Assembly (NCBI GenBank): GCA_963847665.1
Contig: CAWKAO010000001.1
Location: 12,614-76,613 of the forward strand
Direction: 5' to 3'
DNA: 64,000 bases
DNA from: an uncultured Actinomycetes bacterium
GTDB lineage: Bacteria; Actinomycetota; Humimicrobiia; Humimicrobiales; Humimicrobiaceae
This document shows positions 1-9,584 of the stretch, one piece after another (position 1 is the stretch's first letter; every line of letters begins with the position of its first letter). The translations under genes and the position numbers were made by a program. Below the pieces are notes generated by a model. That model ran no database searches. It saw only the letters and a program-made list of their open reading frames with translations, and was not told the origin of the DNA.

Positions 1-823
1 ATGAGGAATTATCCACCCTTAAAAGATCCTATAAGCTTTTCGGCATCTCAGCGGTTCTAAACTGGGTAATCGGGCCTGCACTTATGTTTGGGCTTGCCTG
101 GCTCATGCTTTATGATCTTCCACAATACAGGGAAAGGGTAATAATCGTTGGCCTTGCAAGATGTATTGCTATGGTCCTAATATGGAACATGCTTGCAGGA
201 GGATGCAGTGAAAGATGTGCCGCACTGGTGGCTATAAATTCAATATTCCAGATTTTTTTCTTTGCTCCTCTTGCGTATTTTTATCTCACATTTTTATCCT
301 CAAAGATCGCCGGTGTACAGCAGGAGGTTATAGCTATATCAATGTGGGATATTGCTAAAAGCGTCCTGATATTTCTCGGGATCCCGCTTAGTAGCTGGCC
401 TCATTACAAGGCTTATCCTTGTCAAGAAGAAAGGTAAGTCCTGGTACGATGGCAGATTTGCTCCAAAGCTTGGGCCCTTATGCATTAATAGGTTTGATTT
501 TTACAATAGTAGTCATGTTTTCAATGAAGGGGGAATACATACTAAAACAACCTATTGATGTAGTACGGATAGCAATGCCACTTCTGGCTCTACTTTCTTC
601 ATAATGTTCTTTGTATCCTTCTTTATTGCAAGGGCTTTTAAAATTTAAATATGACCAGACTGCGACCCTCTCATTTACTGCTGCAAGTAATAATTTTGAG
701 CTTGCAATAGCTGTTGCTGTCGGTGTTTTTGGGATTTCTTCAGGACAGGCTTTTGCTACAGTAATAGGCCCGCTTATAGAAGTGCCGGTCCTTATAGCCT
801 TGTCTATGTTTCGATATGGCTAA
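1..823 (+). pseudogene. acr3: ACR3-family arsenite efflux permease, 5'-truncated by the window edge and disrupted by at least four frameshifts plus an in-frame stop at 605-607
   Basis: Translations in three frames together reconstruct ACR3 motifs ([96 protein letters not shown]). No single frame is open. Confidence 0.7.
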
Positions 824-868
824 GAAAAAAACTATTTGTTAAAAAATCCAGCTAAAAGAAGGCTAAAA

Positions 869-1160
869 ATGGAAAGTGATAAGTTAAGAACAACAACCCA
901 GATAATCAAAGCACTTGCAGATGAGACCAGGATAAGGATTGTCTGTCTTCTTAAAAATAAAAAAGACACTTTGTGTCTGTGAAATAACAGAGATAATAGG
1001 ACTAGCCCAGCCTACGGTCTCAAGCCATTTAAGACTTCTTGAAAATGCAGGGCTCATAAGCTCTTTTAAGGACGGGCTGTGGGTAAATTATAATATCAGA
1101 CAGGGCCTGGATAAATTCAGCGGTAAAATTATTGATGATCCTTTTAAAAGAACTCAGTGA
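869..1160 (+). pseudogene. arsR: ArsR-family metalloregulator, frameshifted in a poly-A run near 950-960
   Basis: The ATG at 869 gives MESDKLRTTTQIIKALADETRIRIVCLLKNK, then a stop. The +1 frame continues LCVCEITEIIGLAQPTVSSHLRLLENAGLI, which is the ArsR metal-binding CVC and HTH. The ORF at 939 is the downstream part. Confidence 0.65.
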
Positions 1161-1217
1161 TGACCGGCAGATAAATTCAGACATGAACAGAATAAAAAAT
1201 ATAAACAGGGAAGAAAT

Positions 1218-1649
1218 ATGCAGGAAAAGAGATTAAAAATACTTGTCGTATGTACGGGAAACTCTGCAAGGAGCCAGATGGCTGAGGGTTTTTTAAAAAA
1301 CTATAAAAAAGAATGGGAGATCTCAGTGCAGGAACTTCACCCAAGGAAGTAAATCCTCTGGCAGTTGAAGTAATGAAAGAAAAGGGGATAGACATATCAG
1401 GCCAAAAGTCAAAAAACATCAGTCTTTTTAAAGGCAGTAGATTTGACTACGTCATTACTGTCTGTGATAATGCGAAAGAATCTTGCCCAACATTTCCAGG
1501 TGAAACTAAACATATCCACTGGAGCTTTTCAGACCCTGCAGCGGTTACAGGATCGAACAGCTGAAAAGTTGAATGCTTTCAGGACGATAAGAGATGAGAT
1601 AGAAAGTAAAATAATATGGTTTATTCAGCAGCAGATTGAAGATAAATAG
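1218..1649 (+). pseudogene. arsC: Arsenate reductase of the LMW-PTP/thioredoxin-coupled type, split across three frames
   Basis: The N-terminus MQEKRLKILVVCTGNSARSQMAEGF carries the CTGNSxRS P-loop and stops at about 1347. Frame 2 continues GTSPKEVNPLAVEVMKEKGIDIS...YVITVCDNAKESCP...HW. Frame 3 carries the C-terminal EKLNAFRTIRDEIESKI. Confidence 0.65.
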
Positions 1650-1726
1650 ATATAGGACCATAATACCTAAAAAATTATTAATAAAGTATTTCTTAATAGT
1701 GAATGATTTAAATAAAGGATAAAAAT

Positions 1727-2023
1727 ATGAACACCAAAGAAACAGAATTAAAACCAGACAAAGAGTATCTGGGCATTCCTAGAAAAGAGATACCGTGGTT
1801 TCCTTCAATAGATCATCAAAAATGTGATGAATGTAAAAAATGTACAGCATTCTGTAAATTGAAAACATATTCTTATGATGAGAAGAGAAATATTGTCGAA
1901 GTCACAAATCCATACAATTGCGTAGTCGGCTGCAATGGCTGTGAGGGCATCTGTCCAAATGGTGCTATAAATTTTCCCTCAACATCAGTAATCGATGAAG
2001 TGAGGAAAAAATATAATGTCTAG
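1727..2023 (+). CDS. Small 2x[4Fe-4S] ferredoxin-like protein
   Basis: Two Cys clusters: CDECKKCTAFC and CVVGCNGCEGICP. The ORF is intact. Confidence 0.6.
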   Translation: MNTKETELKPDKEYLGIPRKEIPWFPSIDHQKCDECKKCTAFCKLKTYSYDEKRNIVEVTNPYNCVVGCNGCEGICPNGAINFPSTSVIDEVRKKYNV

Positions 2024-2103
2024 CCTGAATGGTCTATCCTGAATGCTCTGGACTCAAATAGGTAACGCAGACTACAAATGATTTAATTATTGGGAAAAAG
2101 AAC

Positions 2104-2457
2104 TTAGCTGAATTTTCTTTTCAGTTTTTTAAGCTTCACATTAAGGTCTTCCTGTGGCCTTCTATTGTTGTAACCCTGGCCTTCAGGTCTTCTGGAAAAA
2201 TTCTGGTTGTCTTCTCTCTGTCGAGCTTCGTTAACAAAAAGTGTTCTTTCCTTATAGGAGCTCTGATTGAATTTATCAATCGCTTTCTGAGCTTCCTCTT
2301 CGGTTTCCATTTCAACAAAACCGAAACCCCTGGATTTTCCGTCTGCCCTGGTAATCACTTTTGCGTATACCACATTACCTTCGCTTGAAAATAATTCCTC
2401 AAGGTCCTTGTCTGTGGTGGCGTATTCCAGATTACCAACATATAGTCTTTTGTTCAC
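2104..2457 (-). CDS. RRM-domain RNA-binding protein (RbpA-like)
   Basis: RNP2 motif LYVGNL and RNP1 motif RGFGFVEM, with an Arg/Gln/Asn-rich C-terminal tail. Confidence 0.85.
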   Translation of the reverse strand: MNKRLYVGNLEYATTDKDLEELFSSEGNVVYAKVITRADGKSRGFGFVEMETEEEAQKAIDKFNQSSYKERTLFVNEARQREDNQNFSRRPEGQGYNNRRPQEDLNVKLKKLKRKFS

Positions 2458-2719
2458 CTATTGTCCTTTCGTCTTTTTGTATTTTTCGCATAAGAAAAGC
2501 AAGAATAAATCTTCAATATAAAAGGGGATGCATTAATTTGATGATTATACCCGCGGAATTTAATTTTCTTCTATTATATTCTCTAATATAGCCTTACTGA
2601 TCTTATCCCATCACTAATTTTTTGTGATTGTGGTTAGTTATTATATATTATATTTATAAATATGCAATTATTTAAAAAATATTGAAACTTATTGTCAAAA
2701 TTGTCTAATAAAGATAAAT

Positions 2720-3374
2720 TTATTCCTCATAGGGCCTTATGACAGAAAGATCTCCTGTTTTTGCAGCCATAATAACAGGACTCATATATTTTTCTACCAG
2801 GGAAGAATCCAGGGCTACTGGCATATTTTTTAATTTCATTTCAAGCTGGGGGTTTTTTGCGGAACTGATAATATTCTCGATGTGTTTATTTGAAAATCCT
2901 CTTATCTGTTCCAGCTTGTATGGCAAATCTAAGTCTTTTGAAAAATCGATCATTCATTGCCAAAGCAATATATCTGACAAGCTCAAAAGGTTTTTGGGAT
3001 GAGATTTTTAAATCATTGATATCGATATCTTCATCCAGGTAGTCTTTAAAAATATCTGCAAGTCTTATAAGTTTTTCCTTTATCGCACTTGAAAAAAACA
3101 AGGTATAATATGGATTTATAATGGCGCATGCTTTTGTGTCCACAGTCTGCAATACTCTGATACTGTTTTCCTTAAGAGAATCGTTTACTTTTTCTCTTAA
3201 GCTATTTGCCCATTTTTTTTGAGAGACAATAAGAAAGGTATCGGATCCAAACTCACCGGCATATTTCCCGGTGGCGTTGGTAGCGTTTTTTCCAAAAGTA
3301 TATCTGCTTCCCTTATATTCTTTCAGTAATCTTATAGCAGTTTTTGTATTTTTATTGACAGTGTTTTCTCTCAA
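2720..3374 (-). CDS. Hypothetical protein downstream of the HNH-DGQHR gene. It is either two overlapping ORFs (162 aa and 77 aa) or one gene of about 218 aa with a frameshift.
   Basis: ORFs 2886-3374 and 2720-2953 are on the same strand and overlap by 68 nt across an A5 run. I recognise no domain. The gene lies 106 nt downstream of the HNH-DGQHR gene on the same strand. Confidence 0.4.
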
Positions 3375-3480
3375 GTCGGTACACCTCGATGACCATAATC
3401 GATCTGTTTATCAGTTTTTTATGTCTTGAATATTTTTAAAATTTTTTCCAAACTGTAATGTTTCATGGCACTTTTCTGGT

Positions 3481-4989
3481 TTAATCAATAAAATTATTGC
3501 TTGATCCGAAAATAGTGTTAATGATCCAGTTTGCATTCAAACCCCGTCTTGCAAGGTATTTCCTTACAAGATTTTCGTTACCCATGCGGAGATTGTTGTA
3601 ATTTTCCTGGGAATCGTCTGCCCAGACCCTGTGTGAAAAGAGTTTTTTTATCCCATCCTCAATTAACTGCCATTGCTCATCGGTGATCTCCCGGAGCAGT
3701 ATTTCTTTCCGTTCATTTTCATCATAAAGTTCGAGGACATTTGCAACAATATCCTTAAGCACTGCTGTCCATGCCTTAAATGAACCACCCAGAAAAATTC
3801 GCTCTGCGGTTTTATGGTTCTCATCATCCAGTTGTATGCTCCATTTTCCATCCAATGTATAGGCAGTTATAAGATTTAGGGATCTTAAAAGGTTCTGCCT
3901 TTCTATTTCACGCAACCTGTCTGACTCCTCAATATCTATGGATAATGGTTTATCCGCAATAAAACGCTTCAGGATAGACTGCTTCAACCTTAGTACGGTC
4001 AAAGGTTTTTTGAACCCATCACCATATTCTTCCAGATATTTTCTTATCCTGTTGCCACTGTCTTCGAGGATACTGTCATAAATGTTACTCTGAAGCATAT
4101 GCACAGCTTCGGATTTTTTCTTGCCTTTTGATACAAGGAAGTTTATAAATCCATCTTCCGATTTATTTCCACTGCTTTCCATATATTCGTTCCATTCCTC
4201 TGAAAATATGCTTGCCCATTTATTTATAAGCACAGAGGCAAAGAACGGCATCTGTCTTAATTTGTCATGAGCAACAAGGTTTGTTTCCTTAAGTATCTTA
4301 ATAACCGGCTCTATATATATCTTGCATTCTATGGCATTTCTTTCTGCCCAGATCTGGGCAGCAGCTTTATGCTGCCCATCAAAAAGAAATATTTTTTTGC
4401 CCACCAGCCTGCAGATGGAGGGTGTCAGTTGTGTATTTACTATAAGATGCCTGTAAAGTTCCCAGAGTCTCTTTAATTCAAGTGGCCTGGGCTGTAACTC
4501 AAGATCATTATGTATATAGTGCCTGGGTATGACAGCATAGAAAAACTTAAAACCTGTTGAAGGGCAACTATAAAGTGGGAGAACAAGCTCTTCTAATGCT
4601 TCACGGAACATGATCTTAATAATATCTTTCTCTTCATCAAGTTCAAATTCAAGTTCCTCATTTTCTTCCGCATTATTATTTTTAAACCTCAGGATATCAT
4701 CAAGTCTTTTTATCCCTCCTGATTTAAAAAAAGTCTCCATTTCTTTTAAGGCGCAATACTCATTTATCGAGAAATAACCGATCTCCCTGTGGTGTTTTTT
4801 ACAGACCACGGCGATATTTGAAATATCAAGTTTTTCCTCAAAGAGATAGGGTTTAATATGATGAAACTCGATATCTTTCTTTTTTCTGATAAGATGACCA
4901 TCGATCATACATGAAATTTTGCCATCCTTTGTATTTTTTTCAACTACTGTTTTTTTGTCTCTGGTTGTAAGATCCGGATGGGCAAGCAT
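3481..4989 (-). CDS. HNH endonuclease fused to a DGQHR (DndB-like/ParB-like) domain; candidate defence or nuclease protein
   Basis: N-terminal HNH signature C-x2-D-x(14)-HH-x(13)-N-x(7)-C-x2-HH (CMIDGH...FHHIKPY...NIAVVCKKHH; about 4780-4915). DGQHR-family motif FLFDGQHKAAAQIW at residues 201-214 (about 4348-4389). Intact 502-aa ORF flanked by AT-rich spacers. Confidence 0.6.
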   Translation of the reverse strand: MLAHPDLTTRDKKTVVEKNTKDGKISCMIDGHLIRKKKDIEFHHIKPYLFEEKLDISNIAVVCKKHHREIGYFSINEYCALKEMETFFKSGGIKRLDDILRFKNNNAEENEELEFELDEEKDIIKIMFREALEELVLPLYSCPSTGFKFFYAVIPRHYIHNDLELQPRPLELKRLWELYRHLIVNTQLTPSICRLVGKKIFLFDGQHKAAAQIWAERNAIECKIYIEPVIKILKETNLVAHDKLRQMPFFASVLINKWASIFSEEWNEYMESSGNKSEDGFINFLVSKGKKKSEAVHMLQSNIYDSILEDSGNRIRKYLEEYGDGFKKPLTVLRLKQSILKRFIADKPLSIDIEESDRLREIERQNLLRSLNLITAYTLDGKWSIQLDDENHKTAERIFLGGSFKAWTAVLKDIVANVLELYDENERKEILLREITDEQWQLIEDGIKKLFSHRVWADDSQENYNNLRMGNENLVRKYLARRGLNANWIINTIFGSSNNFID

Positions 4990-5133
4990 AAAACCTCCTG
5001 TATTTTAATAAAGACAATATTTTTTATAATATTTTAAAAATAATAAAAAAAATAAATCCATTGATAATAATAAAGCATATGATCAGATTTTATTATACAA
5101 AACATTTAATCCTAAACCCAATATAACGTTTTG

Positions 5134-6252
5134 TCAGTTATAGCCAAACACAACTGGAATCTTCTCTATCCTTTCGAATCCCCACTGTTCCGCAGGTTCC
5201 ACGGAGCTCCCTTCCTGGTGCTCATTAAAAGTTGCGATCGTAACCTGGTTTATTGTGGGGTCAATATTTACTGGATCCAGGAATTCCCTTATTATTTCAA
5301 GCTGGTATTTAAAATCTTCAGTAGAACCTGAAAGCGGAGTGATGCAGTACCGTTCTGAAGAGAGGCAGGTATCGTTATATGCAGGGATGCCTGCAGGAAT
5401 AAAATCTTTATTTGCAAGCATTGCTGCTGTCTTCCAGGCCATATATAAGAATTTTAACCTTTCTGCAAACCGGCCAGTATTATCCGGACGTCCGGCATAT
5501 GCAGAGTAACATGATATAGCATCAAATGCACTTATTGTAGAAAACCTGTAATTCCAGAAAACCACATCTCCTACAAGATAAATATCATATCCCTTCTTTT
5601 TAAGGTTATTACGTACTGTATCAATAGCTTCCTCATAGGCACCTGTAAAATCTCTTGCAATATATATCCATAGGACCGGCCTGCCACTTATTTTGAAATA
5701 GTTTTCACTTTCAAAATAAGTATCTGCCATATGTTCACAGTCATCAATAAATATCTGGGCTATTTCATTATTGTTAAAATCATATGGAGGTTCCTTATAA
5801 CCTATGTTTTCAAAACGAAGCAGGGGATCGTACATAAGGCATAATCTCGTATCTTTTAGATCATGATTCAGAATACCATCTTTGATAGTATCATCAAACT
5901 GGGGGATATACTCGATTTTTAATACATCTATACCATAAAAGTCTGTCCAATCGATGTGCTGGTCCATTACAGCTGGATCGGTGCTGTTGTAAAATCCAAG
6001 AAGCGGGATGTCTGAGTAACCTCTCTTCCAGTGTTGCTCATCATGCCATGTATAATAATCACAGTATACTATAGTATCCTTGATCCCGGGCTTATTTTTC
6101 CTGATAAGGTCCGATGCTCTGCTGATCGTTGTATAGGCAGGAAAAACCGCTTTTCCTATGAGAAACAACCTGCTTTCTGCAAGGTAAAGGATCCCTGTGA
6201 TGAATATTAATCCTGCCAGGACCGGGATGATTATTTTTAGAAGAATCCTCAT
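5134..6252 (-). CDS. Membrane-anchored glycoside hydrolase family 99-like (WbsX-like) protein
   Basis: N-terminal TM helix. YYTWHD and TFNEHQEGSSVEP resemble the GH99 motifs HYYTW and NEWHEGTQIE. Confidence 0.45.
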   Translation of the reverse strand: MRILLKIIIPVLAGLIFITGILYLAESRLFLIGKAVFPAYTTISRASDLIRKNKPGIKDTIVYCDYYTWHDEQHWKRGYSDIPLLGFYNSTDPAVMDQHIDWTDFYGIDVLKIEYIPQFDDTIKDGILNHDLKDTRLCLMYDPLLRFENIGYKEPPYDFNNNEIAQIFIDDCEHMADTYFESENYFKISGRPVLWIYIARDFTGAYEEAIDTVRNNLKKKGYDIYLVGDVVFWNYRFSTISAFDAISCYSAYAGRPDNTGRFAERLKFLYMAWKTAAMLANKDFIPAGIPAYNDTCLSSERYCITPLSGSTEDFKYQLEIIREFLDPVNIDPTINQVTIATFNEHQEGSSVEPAEQWGFERIEKIPVVFGYN

Positions 6253-6302
6253 AAGAGTTATAAGAAGTGCAGAAAATCCCTTTTTTTTAATATATGTTTT
6301 AA

Positions 6303-6719
6303 TTACCTGAGATTTCTTATATTTATTATTGTGATCTCGCCCGTGATCTCACGCTCTACACCCTGCTCGTCCTGATATTTAACACTTGTCGCAGTTTTAG
6401 AGATTATTTTTTTTGGGAAGATAAGGTTAAGTATTCCGTTATTTTTGACTATTATTAGATTCTCGTCTTTGTTTTTTAGGGCTGTTATGGTTATATAATC
6501 GCCAGTGAGATATTGTTCCCTGTCGTTTTCATCAATAAACTGAACGCTCTTTTCATCATTTGTGGTGACAGATTTTGCAAAACTGATCTGTTCTGCACTG
6601 CCTTTTTCAACTATTATCAGATACTTTTTATTATCGCTGCAGCCCGTCACTGATGCGGCTAGAAATATTAATATCACAAGGATGACTGTGATCAATGATT
6701 TTGGCCAGTGTCTATTCAT
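6303..6719 (-). CDS. Lipoprotein of unknown function
   Basis: Signal peptide with a lipobox-like AASVTGC. Confidence 0.5.
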   Translation of the reverse strand: MNRHWPKSLITVILVILIFLAASVTGCSDNKKYLIIVEKGSAEQISFAKSVTTNDEKSVQFIDENDREQYLTGDYITITALKNKDENLIIVKNNGILNLIFPKKIISKTATSVKYQDEQGVEREITGEITIINIRNLR

Positions 6720-6795
6720 TGTTGTTCCTTTTTAGTCTTTAAAAATATTTTATTTTTATTTCAATCTGCTCTTATTTCAAGCAATTGTCAATAAT

Positions 6796-7806
6796 TTAAA
6801 TGAAACCCCTTGACTTGTAAAATATATTTTTAAAAAAATATACTATACCTCCAAGTGATGCAGTAAAAAGGTGCTCAAATAATATCAGGAATGAAAAAAC
6901 AACTGCCTGTTCATTTGAGACCCCAAAATTAGTCAGCAAAAATACTATTGTGTTTTCCCTTACCCCCAGCCCACCGATAGATATTGGAATACCCGTCAGG
7001 ACAAAGATTATGGGTACCACAAAGACAAAAGTCATAAAGTTGAGGTTAAGCCCAAGTGAAAGGGAGACAAAATAAAAAAGGACCATAAACAGGCTCTGAG
7101 AAATAAAATTTATGGTCAGACCCAATGCAAGATAGGGCCATTTGTTCTTATAAGCATTTATCGCATCATTAAAAGAGATTATTTTTTTCTCGACTTTCTC
7201 AAGCCTTTTAAATCTTCTAAACAACCTGTCTATCCTGAAAAACTTTGGCCGGATTATTATCGAAAAAAGCAGAAAAGCTATAGCTAAAAAAATCGATATT
7301 AATACGATAGACTGCCTGAGAATACTATAGAGTGAAAAAGCTGTTATTATGAAATAAACAGTAATGCATATCAGGCCAAAAAATCTTTCTATTATTACTG
7401 TCGACAGGCTTTTACTCAAAGGGACATCTTTATTCTTATGGACATCATAGATCCTGTAAAAATCACCGCCGATGTTTGAAGGAAGAAGATTATTATAAAA
7501 ATATCCGATAAATGTAGACTGGTATAAAAATCCTGTACTGATCCTTATACCCTGTGCCCTCAGGAGTATGTTCCATCTTAGTGAGTCCGTGAATATATTA
7601 AATAAATGGGTAAATATTGCAAAGAGAATAAATAAAAGATTTATTTCTAAAAGAGCGCTGAATATATCCTGGAAATTTCTATAATTCTTAAGGACTATTA
7701 AAAGTAACAGTAAGATACTTATTAGTATCCTGACAAAGGTAAAGACCCTGTCCTTTTTTGAAGGCTCTAAAACTTCTTTTGATATCGTTTCGCTCATAAG
7801 GATCAA
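6796..7806 (-). CDS. Flippase-like (lysylphosphatidylglycerol synthase TM-region, UPF0104) integral membrane protein
   Basis: Multi-TM protein with the typical architecture of this family. Its stop overlaps the upstream TPM gene by 4 nt (ATGA). Confidence 0.4.
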   Translation of the reverse strand: MILMSETISKEVLEPSKKDRVFTFVRILISILLLLLIVLKNYRNFQDIFSALLEINLLFILFAIFTHLFNIFTDSLRWNILLRAQGIRISTGFLYQSTFIGYFYNNLLPSNIGGDFYRIYDVHKNKDVPLSKSLSTVIIERFFGLICITVYFIITAFSLYSILRQSIVLISIFLAIAFLLFSIIIRPKFFRIDRLFRRFKRLEKVEKKIISFNDAINAYKNKWPYLALGLTINFISQSLFMVLFYFVSLSLGLNLNFMTFVFVVPIIFVLTGIPISIGGLGVRENTIVFLLTNFGVSNEQAVVFSFLILFEHLFTASLGGIVYFFKNIFYKSRGFI

Positions 7807-8648
7807 GACGATAATTTTAAAGAAATATTTTTTATTATCTGGATTATGCCCTGTCCGAATCTGTTAGCCTTGAAGTTTGGCAATGCATATTGGCTGTAGA
7901 TCGTATTTATGAATTCATGATCTATCACTTCCTCAAGACCCAGGCCCACTTCTAACCTGTACATGTTGGTTTCTGTATCTATCAGAAACATTATTCCGTT
8001 GTTTTTATCTTCTTTGCCGACTCCCCATTCATTAAAAAGGTTATTTGTATAGCTCTCTATAGTCTCACCCTCGAGTGAGTAGACCGTCACTACTGTTATT
8101 TCAACCGAGGTATTCCTTTCGAGCCTGTCTATAAGCGCAGTTATGATCTTGATATCCTGTGATTTTAATATTCTGGAAAAATCATTTACAGGTTTAGTCT
8201 GTGTATCTAGTTCAACAGTCACTATTTCGTCTTCATCGTCAAGTCTTATAACTATTGTGTTTTTGTATCTTTTGCTCCATTCAAATGCTGTTGCTTCAAA
8301 ACATACTCTAACAGGCATTTTTTCAGCTTGATCTTTAAAAAGTGGTTCGTAACTGGTAATTTTTACAAACGGATAAGCATCGACGACAAAAAGTTCCATT
8401 TCCTTAAAAGGGCCGCCGATATTTCTTACAATAAAGCTGCTCTTCTTGATCTGGCCTTTTTTAAGATCATTGAATTCTAAGTTATCAATATCTGCAACAG
8501 GATGAGGTATTGAGTTACTTATTTCAGATGCGTTCCTGTATTCCGGGTCATTTTCATTTATATATTTTTGTTTTTCTGCCATAGATAAAAAACCATGTAA
8601 GAAATTCGTATTAGACAGTATTATTGCAAAATATATATATTGAATCAA
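7803..8648 (-). CDS. TPM-domain (TLP18.3/Psb32/MOLO-1) protein with an extra N-terminal domain
   Basis: The C-terminal EWGVGKEDKNNGIMFLIDTETNMYRLEVGLGLEEVID matches the TPM consensus WGIGKK..NGVLLL...R.EVGYGLEG. The true start may be the internal ATG of MAEKQKY at about 8582. Confidence 0.5.
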   Translation of the reverse strand: MIQYIYFAIILSNTNFLHGFLSMAEKQKYINENDPEYRNASEISNSIPHPVADIDNLEFNDLKKGQIKKSSFIVRNIGGPFKEMELFVVDAYPFVKITSYEPLFKDQAEKMPVRVCFEATAFEWSKRYKNTIVIRLDDEDEIVTVELDTQTKPVNDFSRILKSQDIKIITALIDRLERNTSVEITVVTVYSLEGETIESYTNNLFNEWGVGKEDKNNGIMFLIDTETNMYRLEVGLGLEEVIDHEFINTIYSQYALPNFKANRFGQGIIQIIKNISLKLSS

Positions 8649-8724
8649 TTAAAATACTTTTTTTAGTCAGGGATTTATTCTATAATCACAGGAACTGAAA
8701 TCAAATTTTTGTACCAGATTCCCT

Positions 8725-9489
8725 ATGTCCATGGAAAAAACAATTTATTACATGCTGCTGATCTTTATATTTGCCGTGTCAATACTTGTCTTTCTTGCCC
8801 TTATCTTTATCTCTGCTCCCTACGGAAGATTTACAAGAAAGGGATGGGGGCTGAGGATAAATCCAATGTTAGCCTGGTTTATAATGGAGTTACCGGCTGT
8901 TATTGTAATATTTTTATGTTATGTCATTGGAAACAGGCAGGGTAACTTTGTTGCAAATATATTTCTAATTATCTGGATGCTTCATTATGTCCAGAGGACT
9001 TTTATTTATCCTTTTTTCCAGCGGAATACAAAAAATACTTTTCCGGTGCTATTGATTGTTTTTTCGATCCTGTTTAATGGCCTGAACGGATACTTAAACG
9101 GAAGGTATCTTTTTTATTTTTCAGCTCCATATAGTTTAAGCTGGCTGCATGATCCAAGATTTATTATTGGCACTGTGATGTTTTTAACAGGTTATATAAT
9201 CAATCTGAATTCTGATCACATATTAAGGAATTTAAGAGACCCGGGCGAGGAAGACTATAAAATACCTTTTGGAGGGTTTTTCAGGTATATCTCGAGTCCT
9301 AATTATTTTGGTGAGATGATAGAATGGATAGGTTGGGCTATACTTACCTGGAGTCTTGCAGGAGCTGCATTTGCAGTTTTTACGATAGCAAATCTTGCGC
9401 CAAGAGCAATTTCAAACCATAAATGGTATTTAAAAAACTTTCCCGAATATCCAAAAAAAAGGAAATCTATAATCCCTTTTATTTTTTAA
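8725..9489 (+). CDS. Steroid 5-alpha reductase family (3-oxo-5-alpha-steroid 4-dehydrogenase-like) membrane protein
   Basis: C-terminal FRYISSPNYFGEMIEWIGWAI...NHKWYLKNFPEYPKK is the family signature. Confidence 0.65.
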   Translation: MSMEKTIYYMLLIFIFAVSILVFLALIFISAPYGRFTRKGWGLRINPMLAWFIMELPAVIVIFLCYVIGNRQGNFVANIFLIIWMLHYVQRTFIYPFFQRNTKNTFPVLLIVFSILFNGLNGYLNGRYLFYFSAPYSLSWLHDPRFIIGTVMFLTGYIINLNSDHILRNLRDPGEEDYKIPFGGFFRYISSPNYFGEMIEWIGWAILTWSLAGAAFAVFTIANLAPRAISNHKWYLKNFPEYPKKRKSIIPFIF

Positions 9490-9584
9490 ACAAATTATTA
9501 ATTTTTTTATATAAACAAGGTATTCTTATAAATCATTGATTTATTTGAGTTTCCGGTTATAATTCTTACGATATTTATTATTTA

